A DNA stretch of 64,000 nucleotides from Hemiscyllium ocellatum (GCF_020745735.1 NC_083435.1:8401201-8465200); one strand, 5' to 3'. Counted from the first letter of the stretch, positions 25,808 through 40,143 are shown. Made by a program: numbers and translations. Notes: generated by a model from the sequence alone, not told the origin.

Positions 25808-26050
25808 TCTACTGCCTCACTGTCCAATGGGCCTGCATTTCATTCCAGCCTTGGATGACTGTCTGTGTGGAGTTTTTATAGCCTCCCTGTAGCTGCATGA
25901 GTTTCCATCAGGTTCTCTGTTTTCCTCCCACAGTCCAATGATGTGCAACTTAGGTGGATTGACCATGGTGTTCATGGAATGTGGGTGAGGTGCTGGGTCT
26001 GGGTGGGATAGAATCAATAGGTTAAATAGCCTTGTTCCATAATGTAGGGA
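25808..26050 (+). mobile_element. Old HE1-like SINE
   Basis: actgcctcac..gactgtctgtgtggagttt..tttcctcccacagtccaa matches the reverse of 58675-58928. Confidence 0.7.
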
Positions 26051-26059
26051 TTCTATGTA

Positions 26060-27170
26060 TATGAAGACTGCAAAGTTCCCACGCGGGGCTGTTCCTTGAG
26101 CTTTCACTGAGCTTTGCTAAAGCACTGCAGCAGATTGGAGACTGAGATGTTGATTAGGGAACATGGTGGTGTGTTGAAATGGGAAGCAACTAAATGCTCA
26201 GGGTCTTGTTTACAGAAAAAAACATAGGTGTTTGATAAAGTAGTTGCCCAATCTGCACTTCATCTCCCCAACACAGAGGAGACCACATTGTGAGCAGTGA
26301 GTACAGTAGACTGTATAGAGTCAACTACAACATTTAAAAGATTTTTGGATAAGTACATGAATAAGAAATGTTTGGAGGGTAATGTGCCAGAGGCAGGCAG
26401 GTGGGACTAGTGTAGTTTGTGACTATATTTGGCATGGACTTATTGAACGGAAGGATCTGTTTCTATGTTGTATGATTCTAAATCACTACTTCACCTGGAA
26501 GGTGTGTCTGGAGCTTTGGATAGTGAGGAGGGAGAAAGTAAACAGACTGGTGTTATACGTTCTGCATTGGCATGGAAAGGTGCTGTGGGGAGGTACTGAG
26601 AGTGGAACAGTGGTCTAGGATGTCCTGTAGGAAATGGCCCCTGAGGAAGGCTGACAACTGAGGACAGGAGAATATGTATCTGGTGGTGGCATCTCACTGG
26701 ATGTGGCAGAAATGGTGGCTACTAATCCATTGAATGTGGATGCTGGTAGGCTGGTAAGTAAGGACCAGGAGGACACGATCGCTGAGAGGGGATGAGGACC
26801 ATAGTCTGGGAGATGGATCTGATAGGACTCTGTTAACCATGGTGGTAGGGAATCCTTGGCTGAGGAAGAAGGTGGACATTTCAGACACTCCCTTGTCGAA
26901 ACTTGCATCGTCTGAACAGATATGACTGAGGCAGAACTGGGAAATGTAATGAAATCTTTATAGAAAATGGGTGTGAGGATGTATAGTCCAGGTAACTGTG
27001 GGAATCAGTATTAAACTGACTACTGGATTTAGGTGGTCAGCCTATCTCCAGAAATGGAAGCAGAGATGTCAAGAAAGGGAAGAAATTGGAAGTGAAATTG
27101 ATAAAGTTTTCAAACAGTGAAACAGCATTGATTATATTATCCATGTATCTGAGAAAATGTTGTGGGTGGG
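26060..27170 (-). mobile_element. Decayed Penelope-like element with a CR1 tail at ~26320-26480
   Basis: MSTFFLSQGFPTTMVNR..DRVLLVLTYQPTS resembles the post-RT region of Penelope-like elements. Confidence 0.6.
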
Positions 27171-27179
27171 GTCAGAGTA

Positions 27180-27960
27180 CATAGAACATAGAACATAGAA
27201 AAATACAGCGCAGTACAGGCCCTTCGGCCCTCAATGTTGCGCCGATCCAAGGCCACCTAACCTACACTAGCCCACTTTCCTCCATATGCCTATCCAATGC
27301 CCGTTTAAATGCCCATAAAGAGGGAGAGTCCACCACTGTTACTGGCAGGACATAACATGAACTCACGACTCGCTGAGTAGAGAATCTACCCCTAACATCA
27401 GTCCTATACCTACCACCCCTTAATTTAAAGCTATGCCCCCTCGTAATAGCTGACTCCGTACATGGAAAAACTGGAATGTGGGACTGGAACAGGATCTTTA
27501 CCCTACAAAGAGACACGCTTAACTCAGGCCCATGCAGGTACCCAATGGCCAGCCCTCTGACCTGTAGAAAATGGGAGCAGTTAAAGGCAAAGTTGTTCAG
27601 AGTGAGGACTGACTTGGCCAAGGGGAGGAGGCTGGGGGTGGATGGGGACAGTTCAGGCCTTTTTTGCAGGAAGAAGAGGAGAGCCCCAAGACCATCCTGT
27701 TGGGGGTTGGACATGGGAAGGGATTGCCTAGCTACTGTTTTGTCTCTCTCTCTAGGCTCCACCTCCATCTATCATTTACTCCTCGTAACCCCCGCACACC
27801 CCCCCCCCCCACCGACTACCTTGTCCTCAGTGTAACTACCAGCCTTTCCCAGCCCACACTCAATCCTGAAGAAAGGTCACTGAACCCAAAAAGTTAACTT
27901 TGCTTTCTGTCCACAGATGCTGCCAGACAGGCTGAGTTTCTCTAAAAATTTCTGTTTTAG
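27180..27960 (-). mobile_element. CR1 3' end joined to a Penelope RT fragment and terminal repeat
   Basis: The chimeric ORF 27262-27768 reads LAKSVLTLNNFAFNCSHFLQVRG (Penelope RT) then GHSFKLRGGRYRTDVRGRF (CR1); degenerate hammerhead at ~27864-27900 (+). Confidence 0.7.
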
Positions 27961-28723
27961 AGAAGAATTTTTGATGGAAGGGGCAGTCTCAGAAACAGTA
28001 TAAGTACCAACATGGACATGAAGAGAGTTTTTGTAGTCCAGTAATGGTGTCCATGCCTCTGAGACAGGAGGCCCACGTTCAAGTTCCATCTACTCTAGAT
28101 CAGTGCTGTACATTTCTTACACATTGAAAAAATACTTAGAAAGAGGCAAAACGCCTTTCTTAAAAATGTTCTGTAAATTATATTTAATACTCTGCAATAT
28201 GATTCCATCCTGGAAGATTCTTACAATCCCTGCCAGTTAACCTAGAAAATGGCTGGCATTTTACAGTCTAAGTACTTAACGCTTACCTTTGCTCTCCAAA
28301 CATCCTCACCTCTCTACCTCATTTTTAATGTCATTGTGCAACATGGTGATTTGGGGAAGGGTCTTCCTAAGTTAACAGAACTTGTGAACTGAGTGGGGTT
28401 CTGGAATGTAATGGTAGGGTCTCAGAGTTTGTTGTCAGAGGCAGACTGGCGTAAAGTCACTGTTATGTTCAGACTGATTGTCAGGTGGAAGTGTTATATG
28501 ACACAGGCAAAGCGGTCAACATGCAATTAAATGTGCTCTGAAATATCTAATCCAAGAGCACAGGCATTAGCAAAAAAAAGTTTTAACTTGAAGACTGTAT
28601 CCTGGTGTTTGAAAGAGCCTTAAACCTTTGTTGGTTCTGATTCTGAGCTATGAAATTCACTGAGCTTTCTACAGCTCACTATTACTATCTTCTGACTGAA
28701 ATCGGTTCGACAATTAACAGTCA

Positions 28724-29735
28724 GAGTCATAGAGATGTACAGCACGGAAACAGACCATTTGGACCAACTTGTCCATGCTGACCAGATATCCCAATCCAAC
28801 TAGTCCCACCTGCCAGCACCTGGCCCACATCCCTCCAAACCCTCCTAATCATATACCCATCCAAAGGTAGAAGACATGTTACAATTGTACCAGCTTCCGC
28901 CAATTCCTCTGGCAGCTCATTCCATGTACCACCCTCTGCGTGAAAACGTTGCCCCTTCTATATCTTTCCCCTCTCATCCTAAACCTAAGTCCTCTTCTGG
29001 ACTCCCCAACCTTAGGGAAAAGACCTTGTCTATTTATCCTATCCATGCTCCTCATGATTTTACAAACCTCTATAAAGTTACCCCTCAGCCTCCGACACTC
29101 CAGGAAAAACAGTTCTAGCCTATGCAACCTCTCCCTATAGCTCAAAGCCTCCAACTCTGGCAAAACCTTGTAAATCTTTTCTGAATCCTTTCAAGTTTTA
29201 CATCTTTCCAATAGGAAGGAGACCAGACTTGCACGCAATATTCCCAGAAAGCATACCAAATAATCTTCACTATCCTATCTACCTGCGACTCCATTGTCAA
29301 GGAGCTATGAACCTGCACTCCAAGGTCTCTTTGTTCTGCAACACACCCTTGGACCTTACCATTAAGTGTATAAGTCCCGCTAAGATTTGCTTTCCCAAAA
29401 TGCAGCACCTTGCATTTATCTAAATGAAACTTCATCAGCCACTTCTCAGCCCATTGACCCATCTGATCAAGATTCAGTTGTAATCTGAGGTAATCTTCTT
29501 TGCTGTGCACTACACCTCCAATTTTGGTGTCATCTGCAAATTCACTAACTATACTTCTTATGCTCACATCCAAATCATTTACATAAATGATGAAAAGTAG
29601 TGGACCCAGCACCGATCCTTGTGGCACTCCACTGGTCACAGGCCTTCAGTCTGAAAAACAACCTTCCACCACCACCCTCTGTCTTCTACCTTTGAGCCAG
29701 TTCTGTATCCAAATGGCTAGTTCTCCCTGTATTCC
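28724..29735 (-). mobile_element. CR1 LINE 3' ~1 kb
   Basis: TSGVPQGSVLGPLLF..FADDTK RT motifs. Confidence 0.9.
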
Positions 29736-30822
29736 ATGACGGAATGTTGGCCCTTGCGGAAAAGCAGCATTGGTCAGTCAGCCACACGTTTGACCCCTTT
29801 CCCTCCCTGGTCTCATGGTGCACCTTTGTTTTTCATTTTTCCTTCTGTTCCACTCATTCCTATCTCCAGAATATCACCGATCTCCATCACCACCTCATGC
29901 CCAGTACCTTCCTCTGCTATCATCCAAATTTGAATCTCAATGCTTTTCTCAGTGAGTTCCCATGTTTGACTTTCACTGACAGGGTCACACTGGGAGGCAG
30001 AGTGGAGCTGCTCAGTAAAGCGATCACTTCATTGTTATCTCTGGTCAGATCCAACAATGTTTCTGAAACACAATAGGATGTTCTGTGAGAGGGTGGGAGG
30101 TTCAATGCAGTGTTTATCTGAGTGAGGGGAATTGAACGCGGTACAGTGCCATTTGTAGGAGGAAGGGAAATTGGATGTGGTACAGTGTGTGAGGGCAGAG
30201 AGCTGGATGAGGTAATATCTATGTAAGGGTGGGAAATTAGACTGATGTGCTGGATGGGGTTATGGGTGACGTATATTGTGTTTGCAACCTATCTAACTCC
30301 TCATCCTCTCTCAATGCCTGTCTGATAATGTGGGTCATTGGAAGATGTAGTGAGTGAGTGCAAGAAAGACAAAGGTTCAGGAATTGGACAGGATTATGTC
30401 TATGTGAGAGATGACAAAATTGGATAGTGTATTATGTGCATACAGGAGGGTGGAGAACTGAGTGACATAGTGTGAGGGTAGGGACTGGAAGGTATTCAGT
30501 GCCTGCATGCAAGAGGGTTGGGACTTAGCTAGTGTACAGTTTTTGTACACTTAGGTTGTAATTTTATATTGGTTGTCGGTATCAAAGTAAACTCGTCAGT
30601 CAGACACACTTACGTGTACTCAAACCTATTAATATAGATTGCTCTATATCTTGCAGACAGAAATAACACATGCTTGTTTCAAATTTTCAAAATAAGCAAT
30701 TTCTCATTTCTCACGGTAGCACCTTGACCAATTCAAGCCAATTTGCCTGATTTAGAATTAAATAAATCTTGGCAGATAGCAATAAATAGAATCTAACTGG
30801 TGCCTTTTGCATTCAACTTCTT

Positions 30823-30900
30823 ATGCCCGAAACATCGGTTCTCCTGCTCCTTTGATGCTGCCTGACCTGCTGCACTTTTCTCGCAACACATTTTTCAGTT
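30823..30900 (+). mobile_element. Very short Penelope-derived terminal insert
   Basis: gcccgaaacatcg..gatgctgcctgacctgctg; 13-bp TSD CATTCAACTTCTT at 30810-30822 and 30901-30913. Confidence 0.75.
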
Positions 30901-31164
30901 CATTCAACTTCTTTACCAATCAGAATCCACTTGCAAAACAATTAGCTTTCTCTTCTTGTCCAATAAAAATGATGTTCCCTTTTATATTGGTATTTTTGTA
31001 AATCCCATTAATCCTCAAAACCCTTCGTAAATTGAAAAAGGAAACAAAGCAGCTTTTGTACAATATCCAAAACACACAGGGTACAGTTCTCCACACCCAG
31101 TACAGTAACAAAAACATCATTCATAGAATACTCATACTGGCATCCCTTACTGAGCACCTTAGAA

Positions 31165-32200
31165 ACTAGAACATAGAAAAGTACAGCACAGAACAGGCCC
31201 TTTGGTCCACGATGTTGTGCCTAGGATTAATCCTAATGTAAAATAAAATAACAACCTACACACCTCTCAATTCACTGCTATCCATGTGCATGTCCAGCAG
31301 TTGCTTAAATGTTCCTTATGACTCTGCTTCCACCATCACTGCTGGCAACACATTCCATACATTCACAACTCTCTGCGTAAAGAACCTTCCTCTGATGTCC
31401 CCTCTATACTTTTCTCCTCATATCTTAAAACTACGATCCCTCGTGCCAGTCAATTCTGCCCTGGGGAAAAGTCTCTGCTATTGACTATCTATTCCTCTCA
31501 TTATCTTGTATACCTCAATCATGTCACCTCTCTTCCTCCTTCTTTCCAGAGAGAAAAGTCCAAGCTTAGTCAACCTCTCTTCATAAGACAAGCCCTCCAG
31601 TCCAGGCAGCATCCTGGTAAACCTTCTTTGCACCCTCTCCAAAGATCTGTATCTTTCCTATAGTTGGGTGACCAGAACTGGACACAATACTCCAAGTGTG
31701 GTCTCACCAGGGACTTGCAGATTTGTAGCAAAACCTCATGGCTCTTAAACTCGATTCCCCCTGTTAATGAAAGCCAAAACACCATATGCTTTCTTAACAC
31801 CTCTATCTATTTGGGTGGCAGCTTTGAGGGATCTATGTACTTGAACACCAAGATCCCTCTGTTCCTCCACACTGCCAAGAATTCTGTCTTTAATCCTATA
31901 TTCAGCATTCGAGTCTGGCCTTCCAAAATGCATCACTTCACATTTATCCAGGTTGAACTCCATCTGCCATTTCTCAGCCCAGCTCTGCATCCTGTCTATG
32001 TCATGCTGCAGCCTGCAATAATCCTCAATACTATCAACGTCACCTCCAGCCTTTGTGTCATCTGCAAATTTACTAACCCATCCCTCAATCTCCTCAGCCA
32101 AGTCATTTGTAAAAACTACAAAGAGCAGAGACCCAAGAACAGAGCCCTGCGGGACCCCACTCAACACTGACCTCCAGGCAGAATACTTTCCATTGACAAC
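31165..32200 (-). mobile_element. CR1 LINE 3' ~1 kb
   Basis: SGVPQGSVLG..SKFADDTK..WAEKWQMEFN. Confidence 0.9.
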
Positions 32201-34002
32201 CTTTATTGCCTTTACTGCATTTTGTTTAAAAACACACATGCAAGACTTCAGCTGATCGGAAACTAACTAGTTCTTCGCTCTAAAAAATTTTCTTCTTTCT
32301 CCTCTTCTTCTCAGAAGCACTACTCTGTGATCTCCAGAGGACTAACACAGCTAAAAGTCTGTCAGTTATATATATATTTGCCTTATAACTAAGCAAAATT
32401 AAGAACCCCAACCAATGTTCAAGACCCCAGCACGTACTATATTAGGTCACAAACTAACTAAAATAAACAGAATCCCTTTAATGCACAAATTCACACTCTC
32501 TGTAGCCAGAGATATCTGTAAGTTAATATATTAATGTTAGACACACAGAAATACCTATCAATTTCTCACTCAAAAACCAGACACAAGATACACCCCAAAT
32601 ATCATTAATAAAAATGTAATTGCCACAGAATACACAGGATGCAAAGTGAGAATTTAGAACAGCAGAAGAAATAGCACCTCCAGACGGGGAATGTGAATTG
32701 GTTGTATTACGAACTAAAGCAGAGAGTAATGAAGGAAGGAGAGATGATTCCTTAAACAAATTTAGCAAATATACGGAGGATTAACACAAGCCCTTCACTG
32801 ATCTCATTCAATTAACAGCATACAAGCTTATTTTTAGTAGAAAACAATTTAATTTTGCAACATTCCCATTATAATTAAAGTTATTAATACACAAAATAAA
32901 AACAAAATCAACAGTGACATACAGTAAATGACATAAAATAAAGAAAGATACTGCAATTGTGAGAGCAGTGATTTAGAGTTTACCTGTCAAAAGACAACAA
33001 AGCAAATTTTTAAAAAAGTAACGTTTAATAATAGTTTGATCAGAAAATGTAAACAAAATATACAGATGCAGAGAATCTCAAATATCTTTTAAAAAAACAC
33101 TGCTGGTACATTCTCATAAGAATTTATAATGGGACAATGTAAATATTAAAAACATTGATCCTTTGCATTTTCTCTTCACAGATACTGACTCTGTTGGTAC
33201 TTACAACTAGAAGTTTCTGTTTATTATATTCACCAAATTGCAAATGAGTTCTAATACTTATGAAATGATGTATGAAATGGAGAGAGTAAGGCAAAAAGAG
33301 GAGAAATAACTTTTTCACTATACGGCAGTGGTTTTGTTTCATTAGTTCACAATATTTCTCAATATGTTGAGATCTGCAAAGGAGATTTCACTTCAGCTTC
33401 TAAGGTGCATTGTTTGGACTTGGGGATCACCCTGAGGGGAAAGCAGCATTCCCTGTGGCCAGTAAGCTGACCATGAGCACCATTAGTTGTTCTTTTTTAA
33501 GAACGCAAAAACTGAAGTAGAAGTAGGAGTAAACCTTGGCCCTTTGAGCCTGTCACTTAATACAATCATGGCTGATCTTCTACCTCAACCAACCCCTGCC
33601 ACTGCCCTCTTCCCATATTGTTCATTTCTGAGAGATAAAAAAAAGTTATCATTTCAGTCTTGAATTTGCTTCAACAATAGAACATTCATTACTATAATTT
33701 TAAGCTGACCTCAATAAGAAGTATTTGAGGTGAACCAGGTTAACCATGCATGTCTGAAAGAAATGGAGAAATGAAAAGAGATATTGATGGGCTTGGATGA
33801 AAAGGGGAGAAAGGGAAGCTCATGTGAAGCATAAACACCAGCACCGGCAGTAATAAAGTTTGAAGCCAGCTCCAGAAATGGCATCTAGTTTTTAAATTAG
33901 CTACATTTGAGTCATCTTCAGTTTGTAGTTCAATAAAGTCGAGCTACATTCTTGTCACTTGGTGAAAAGGTAAAAACATGAAGGTTTATACAGAATAGCA
34001 TA

Positions 34003-34735
34003 GAGTCATAGAGATGCGCAACATGGAAAGAGACCCTTCGGTCCAATTCATCCTGGCCAACCAGATATCCCAACCCAATCTAGTCCCACCTGCCAGCACT
34101 CAGCCCATATCCCTCCAAACTCTTCCTATTCATGTACCCATCCAAATGCCTTTTAAGTATTGTAATTGTACCAGCCTCCAACACAACCTCTGGCAGCTTA
34201 TTCCATACACGCACCATCCTCTGAGTAGAAAAGTTGCCCCTCAGGTCTCTTTTATATCTTTCCCCTCTTACCCGAAACCTATGCCCTCTAGATCTGGACT
34301 CCCTCATCCCAGGGACAAGACTTTGTCTATTTACCCTATCCACCCTCCACATGATTATATAAACCTCTATAAAGGTCACCCCTCAGCCTTGTCGCTTCAC
34401 GGAAAACAGCTCTAGCCTATTCAACCTTTCCCTACAACTCAAATCCTCCAAACTTGGCAATATACTGGTAAATCTTTTCTGAACCTTTCAAGTTTCACAA
34501 CATCTTTCCGATAGGAAGGAGACCAGAACTGCACGCAATAGTCCAAAAGTGGCTGAACTAATGTCCTGTACAGCCGCAACATGACCTCCCAACTCCTGTA
34601 CTCAACACTCTGATCAATAAAGGAAAGTATACCAAACGCCTTCTTCATTATTCTATCTACCTGCAACTCTACTTTCAAGGAGTTATGAACCTGCACTCCA
34701 AGGTCTCTTTGTTCAGCAACACTCCTTAGGACCTA
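34003..34735 (-). mobile_element. CR1 LINE 3' fragment
   Basis: LYRTLVQPLLDYCVQFWSP, RGHRFRVRGERYKRDLRGNF. Confidence 0.9.
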
Positions 34736-35395
34736 GGACCTTTAACAAGTATACAAACTAGTCATGAAAACCAATGAAATGCGGTCTTTAAATCTAGAGG
34801 ACTAGAACATGAGAAAGTCATGTCATACTTCAGCTATATAAAGTTCAGGTTAGAACAGACTTGCAGTGCTCTGACTGCTTCTAAGTGTCAAGGTGGATTT
34901 CAAGGCTTAACATATAAGCAAGAAAAATACAAATGAGGGCTGCATTCCCTGGAAATATGTTGGATAAAGTGGGGTTTGGTTCAAGGAATGTAATAAGTAA
35001 AAAAGAAATCTGGAAGAAACTTTTTCTATCAGTAGGAGAGGCTAGGACAAAGTGGCAAGATCTTAAAACAGATCACTTAGGAGTGAAATTAGGAAACATG
35101 CAAAGGACAGAAGTTTGGAAGTTTCTCACTGATGACAGCTGGTGCTAAATCAGTTATAGACAAATCAGCATTCTCTTCTCATGCAACATAAATGTTGGTT
35201 TTCCCTTTGAAAAGATATTCATGCAAATTCCCCTGGTGAGCGCAAGTCAGAATATTTTGTCTAAATATGTTTTTTTCAGCACTATTCAAATTTTGTATGA
35301 ATGGATTTTTGTTTTCCAATGTTTTAAGGGATTTTGTGCAAAGACAAATATTTGGAAATTCAAACAGCAGAGCAATCTTGACCTGAATGGATAGT

Positions 35396-35607
35396 TAAAA
35401 ATCACACAACACCAGGTTATAGTCCAACAGGTTTAATTAGAAGTACACTAGCTTTTGGAGCGACGCTCCTTCATCAGGCACAATCACCTGATGAAGGAGC
35501 ATCGCTCCAAAAACTAGTTCTTCCAATTAAACCTGTTGGACTATAACCTGGTGTTGTGTGATTTTTAACTTTGTACACCCCAGTCCAACATCAGCATCTC
35601 CAAATCA
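35396..35607. mobile_element. Fold-back Penelope-derived insert with two mutated hammerheads
   Basis: Inverted arms; 12-bp TSD TGAATGGATAGT at 35384-35395 and 35608-35619. Confidence 0.88.
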
Positions 35608-35912
35608 TGAATGGATAGTAGTATTCTTGCGGGCTGAACGGCCTTCTTATTTCTAGGTACACTGCTTTATATAATTATCTGTTATGTGATAAACACATTA
35701 TCAGTTCATGAGTCATGTTGATTGAATGGGATAAAATTAAACATAACAAGGAACCAAATTAGTGAAACATATTGTCCATTATCAGATGCCTGATATTCAA
35801 CTTTACTCAAGTTAATGAAAGTTAATATCAGGTCACATAGAATAAATGTCCAAAGCAATACCATCACTTTTACATTCCTGCCATGTCCAATTTGCAAGTT
35901 AAAGTATGGGCT

Positions 35913-36451
35913 TCAATATTTCAATACTCTCGAACCTTTCTTTGAATTGGGACAGATTTTCAGACTTGTATTTTCTGAAGTTTGCAATATTGGATGAAGT
36001 TTTTGTGGGAATTTGATTTTATTAAAAGTGTAGAGATGAGATTTTGTGTCTGCATTGAAAAATGAAACTGACTGAGACCCATAACTGAGATAAACACCAA
36101 TCTTCTTTGGTACATCACCAAGAGATTGACGAGGACTGTTGGAGGTATTCACGACCAGATTATTTCCCAGCCATCCAATGGTCCAGAATCCATTCTCAGG
36201 TTTCAGTTCAATCTCTTCCTCCCAACACACAGAGTCTGAAACGACGCCCAGATTCCACTCGCCTTTCCCAATCACCTCCACTTCCCAGTAATGTCTCCCT
36301 GATGTGAATCCTTCTGTTCCCAGCACACAGGACCGGTCGTTAAGCCCCTTCTCAGCATTAGGTTGACTTTCCCCAGTCCATCTTACACTCTTCAGATCCT
36401 CAGACACCTCAACTTCTTGATAGTCGGTTTTCTTTACCAATGTTACAGAGG
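35913..36451 (-). CDS. B30.2 (PRY-SPRY) exon, most likely the terminal exon of the butyrophilin-like gene
   Basis: Acceptor atttcctctcatag|CC; open phase-1 frame ..CVLGTEGFTSGRHYWEVEV..GFWTIGW..KIGVYLSY..TKSHLYTF. The domain call is firm; the link to the Ig exons is inferred from phase and order. Confidence 0.85.
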
Positions 36452-36934
36452 CTATGAGAGGAAATAGCAAAATTAAAGAGATTCACTTAAAGCTAGAGAC
36501 AGATATCTTCACGATTTAGACATTAAATAAATCCATCAAATCCCAATAAAGTTTGAGGATTCCCGTTTTGATAAGTTTCCATATATTGTACTTCCTCTGA
36601 CTGGAATCCTTCCATCTCAGTCCCATGGATATGGTATTTTCAATGCTTTCATCAATTCTGGTGTTCCCAGCGGATTTCCAGTTGGAGAAAGAAAGGGATT
36701 GTCCCAAAATGAAGAAATGATTCTTTAACAGCAGCAAACTATTGATTATTCCACAGGGCAGATCACAACCACTCAGAGACTGACTGGGGTGGGCAGGGGT
36801 GAGGGAGCAAAAGGAGAGTTATTCAAATCAATTACAAAATCACAAAGTTGATGGACTGCAGAAGGAGGCCATCATGTCTGCACTGACTGTTTGAATTAAT
36901 ATTTCACTTAGTGACATAATCTTGCTTTCTCCCC

Positions 36935-37950
36935 ATAACTTGCCCATAATACTTTTTTATGATAACAATCAAATACAGTTTGAAATGCTTAAAAATGGAA
37001 CAGAAAAGGTTCATGAGGATAATGTTGTACATAGACTTTCAAAAGGCATTTGGCAAAGTATCACACAATGGAGTGGTGAGAAGAATTATAGCTCATGGAA
37101 TAATAAAGGGACAGAAGGAACATGGATACAAAATTAGCTGAATAATAGGAAACAGACAGTGACAGTCATTGGATATTTTTCATGTTGGAGGAAGGTATGC
37201 CACAGAGTTATTGGGGATTGGCACTGGGATCTTTGCTTTTCCTGATATATATTAATCATCTGGGTTTTGGTGTGTAGGGGACAGCTTCAAATTTGAAGAG
37301 TTATATGAACTTTGTAAGCATTGTAAACTGTGAGGAGCACAGTATAAAATTTTCAAAAGGACGTAGACAAGTTGATGGATTGAGCAGAGAGATGACAAAT
37401 GAATAAGGACAAGGAGATTGCGCTGAACGAATGAAAGGTATTTGTTAGACTTCAGGTACAATATTGTGTACAATTCTGAGTGCCATAGAGGTATGTGAAC
37501 ACATTGGAGAGTGTCTAAAAAGGACTTATGAAAATGGTTCCAGGAATGAGAAACTTCCATTGAGGACAGATTTGAGAGATTGGGGTTGTTCTCATTTGGA
37601 AGAAGAAAGCTAAGAGGAGATTTGATAGATGTTTTCAAAGTTAAGAGGTATGGATCGATAAACATTTTCCATTTGTAAAAGGATTAAGGTGAGACAGCAG
37701 TGACATAAAGTGATTTGCAAAACTAGTAAATGTGATGTGACAAAATATTTTTCATATAACATATGGTTTGCCTACAGAATGTAGTGTGTGCAAGTGTAAT
37801 AGAGAGTCAGATACAGCAATCAAGAGGTCATTAGGGGAATGTTTGAATAGAAACTACATTAAAAAGCACTGAATAAAGGCACGAGAATGGCATTAAGTCA
37901 TAATAGTTACTGAAGGGACCATAAAGACATGATGGGCCAAATGGCCACAT
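36935..37950 (+). mobile_element. Old CR1 RT/3' fragment
   Basis: YIDFQKAFGKVSH RT motif remnant; many stops. Confidence 0.65.
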
Positions 37951-38774
37951 TCTACACCATAACAATTTTCTGTGACCGTTCGTGGCTTTCCTGCCTCTAA
38001 ATTACTCCAGTCCTGTATAACTCTCCAATGTCTCTACATTATTTTAATTCTCACCTCTGGTGGCTTTGACTTCAGATGCCTCAGCCCTTATTTTTGGAAT
38101 TCTGAAATTGCTCCAACTGGAAATGTTTCCCTAACAAACAATAATGCTGATCTAACAACATCTTTGACTAAGCTTTTGGTCATCTAACCTAATACTTTTT
38201 CATGTAGTTCTACATCAATTTTTCTATGATAACAGTCTTGTGAAATAACTGGACATTTTCAACTGTAAAAGGTGCTTTTTAAGTGCAAGATGCTGTAGTT
38301 TTGCATTGTGGGTTTATACTTACGATAATTGATTTCCATGTTTTTATAACCTGCAAATATAAAACAAAATGTCATTTCAGTGCACCACATTTCTCATCTA
38401 TTGTACAATCAAATCACTCAATTGTACAGTTAAAAATTAGGAATCAAGGGTGCTCTCCATTCATCAGTCTGCACTGAAATCTCAGTCAGGTTGGAGAAGA
38501 AACATATATGGAGACCATGATGGAATTTAAATGATAGTCAGTGGTACTATACTGTTCACTTATTTCAGGGCAGATCTGCTTATGGGCAAACACTCTTCGC
38601 TGTCCAATTTTCTTGTATTCATGGAGTCCAGCATAGATAATGACCCCAACTGCAAGAACAGGGAGTGATAAATTGCAATATTACAGCTGACAACATATTG
38701 AGCATTGAAATTTGCATTATGTCACAGTAGGTCTCTTAAACTCAGGAAACGGAAACCTTTCCTTTCCTGGAAAT

Positions 38775-38900
38775 TCTGATGAAAGGCTTATGGCCAAAAC
38801 ATTGATTCTCCTGTTCCTCGAATGTTGCCTGACCTGCTGCGCTTTTCCAGCACCTCACTCTCAACTTGGATCTCCAGCATTGACAGTGCTCACTTTCTTC
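38775..38900 (+). mobile_element. Penelope-derived terminal insert, degenerate hammerhead
   Basis: ttctgatgaaaggcttatggccaaaacattg..gcctgacctgctgcgcttttccagc. Confidence 0.7.
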
Positions 38901-40143
38901 TGGAAATCGTAGGCCAGATTTTCCAAGGAATGGTAATCTCATATAATCACTCTCTGTAGAATTAAGACCCTCTGACCTGCCTTTTTCGGTCACAGTATTT
39001 ATATGGTTAATCATGTTCATTTTCTGGTCAACAGTATCCCCAAGATGTTGATAGTGGGGAGAATTCAGGGATAGTAATGCCACTAAATGTCAAGTGGTGA
39101 TAGCTAGACTTTTGTTGTTGGAAATGGTCATTGCCTGGCATTTGTGTCCTGTTAAAGTCACTTAAAACCCTCTTCACAATGAACCATATTACCAATTATT
39201 ACGTCATCTGGAAGTTTTGATAATTGTACAATAGTTCTAACATCGAACCTTTGTATCAGCATTCTTTATATGGATCTTTCCCAGAAATAACCTTTAACAT
39301 TGTTAAAGTGACTCAATCTCCCACCTCCTGCCTTCAAACATGTCAAACTTCTTGAACTTGAACCTCCTTGACCTGTTCTCCATATTAAAGGGGACACGAA
39401 AACATCAGGCAAATATCCCAGCTATTGTTGAAGTCTTTAAGACAAAAACATGGCTCATGGCTAGAAAGGAGAGTTTGTGCCTCGTATATATTAAACAACA
39501 CCTCCTTCCCTCCCCTCCACACTCCCAAGATGGTACTTCCACTTGATGCCACCAACATCCATGCGGTGCCCACTATGAACATTCTCATGAATTTTGCTGG
39601 GGTCTCCAATCCATGCCTGACCAAAATAGCCGGACTTGCCTTCAAGTCCATTATCCATATTTTTTATTCCTGAGGATTGCTCATATCCCTGGTGGTTGAA
39701 AGAAATAGATTTTTTTTACTCACAAATCATTAAGGCTGCCCAACATAGTGTCTGTTAGGCAGTACATTTTAAAGAAGGCAAGGTGCTAACTGACTTATAC
39801 AGTGCATGAGAAATATTCCCTGATCCAGTCACCCTGGAATGTTCATTCTGTTTCCATTCCAATTAACCACTTTCTATTGATGCATGACACGTTTAATGCC
39901 ATGGTGGTGAAGTGAGGCACAAGTCTCCAGTGCAACTGTGTGCACATGCCATAATTTCCTCAAGGAAGTTGTATCTTTGCCAGAGAACATACACCTTGCA
40001 GAAATTCATGTTAACTTGCTTTGATTATTCCAAAACCTTTGTAGTATTAATTTTTATTCAATATTACAAACTCAAGAAGCTGACACAATACCCTCAGCCC
40101 AATTAATTGTTTTGATCATTTTGAATTGAGCATTTCAATCCCG

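Noticed and set aside
38560-38649. 90-nt open phase-1 segment (VGVIIYAGLHEYKK...)
   Set aside because: The donor (A|gtgaac) is weak, there is no family resemblance, and another frame ends in a stop; not supportable without transcripts.
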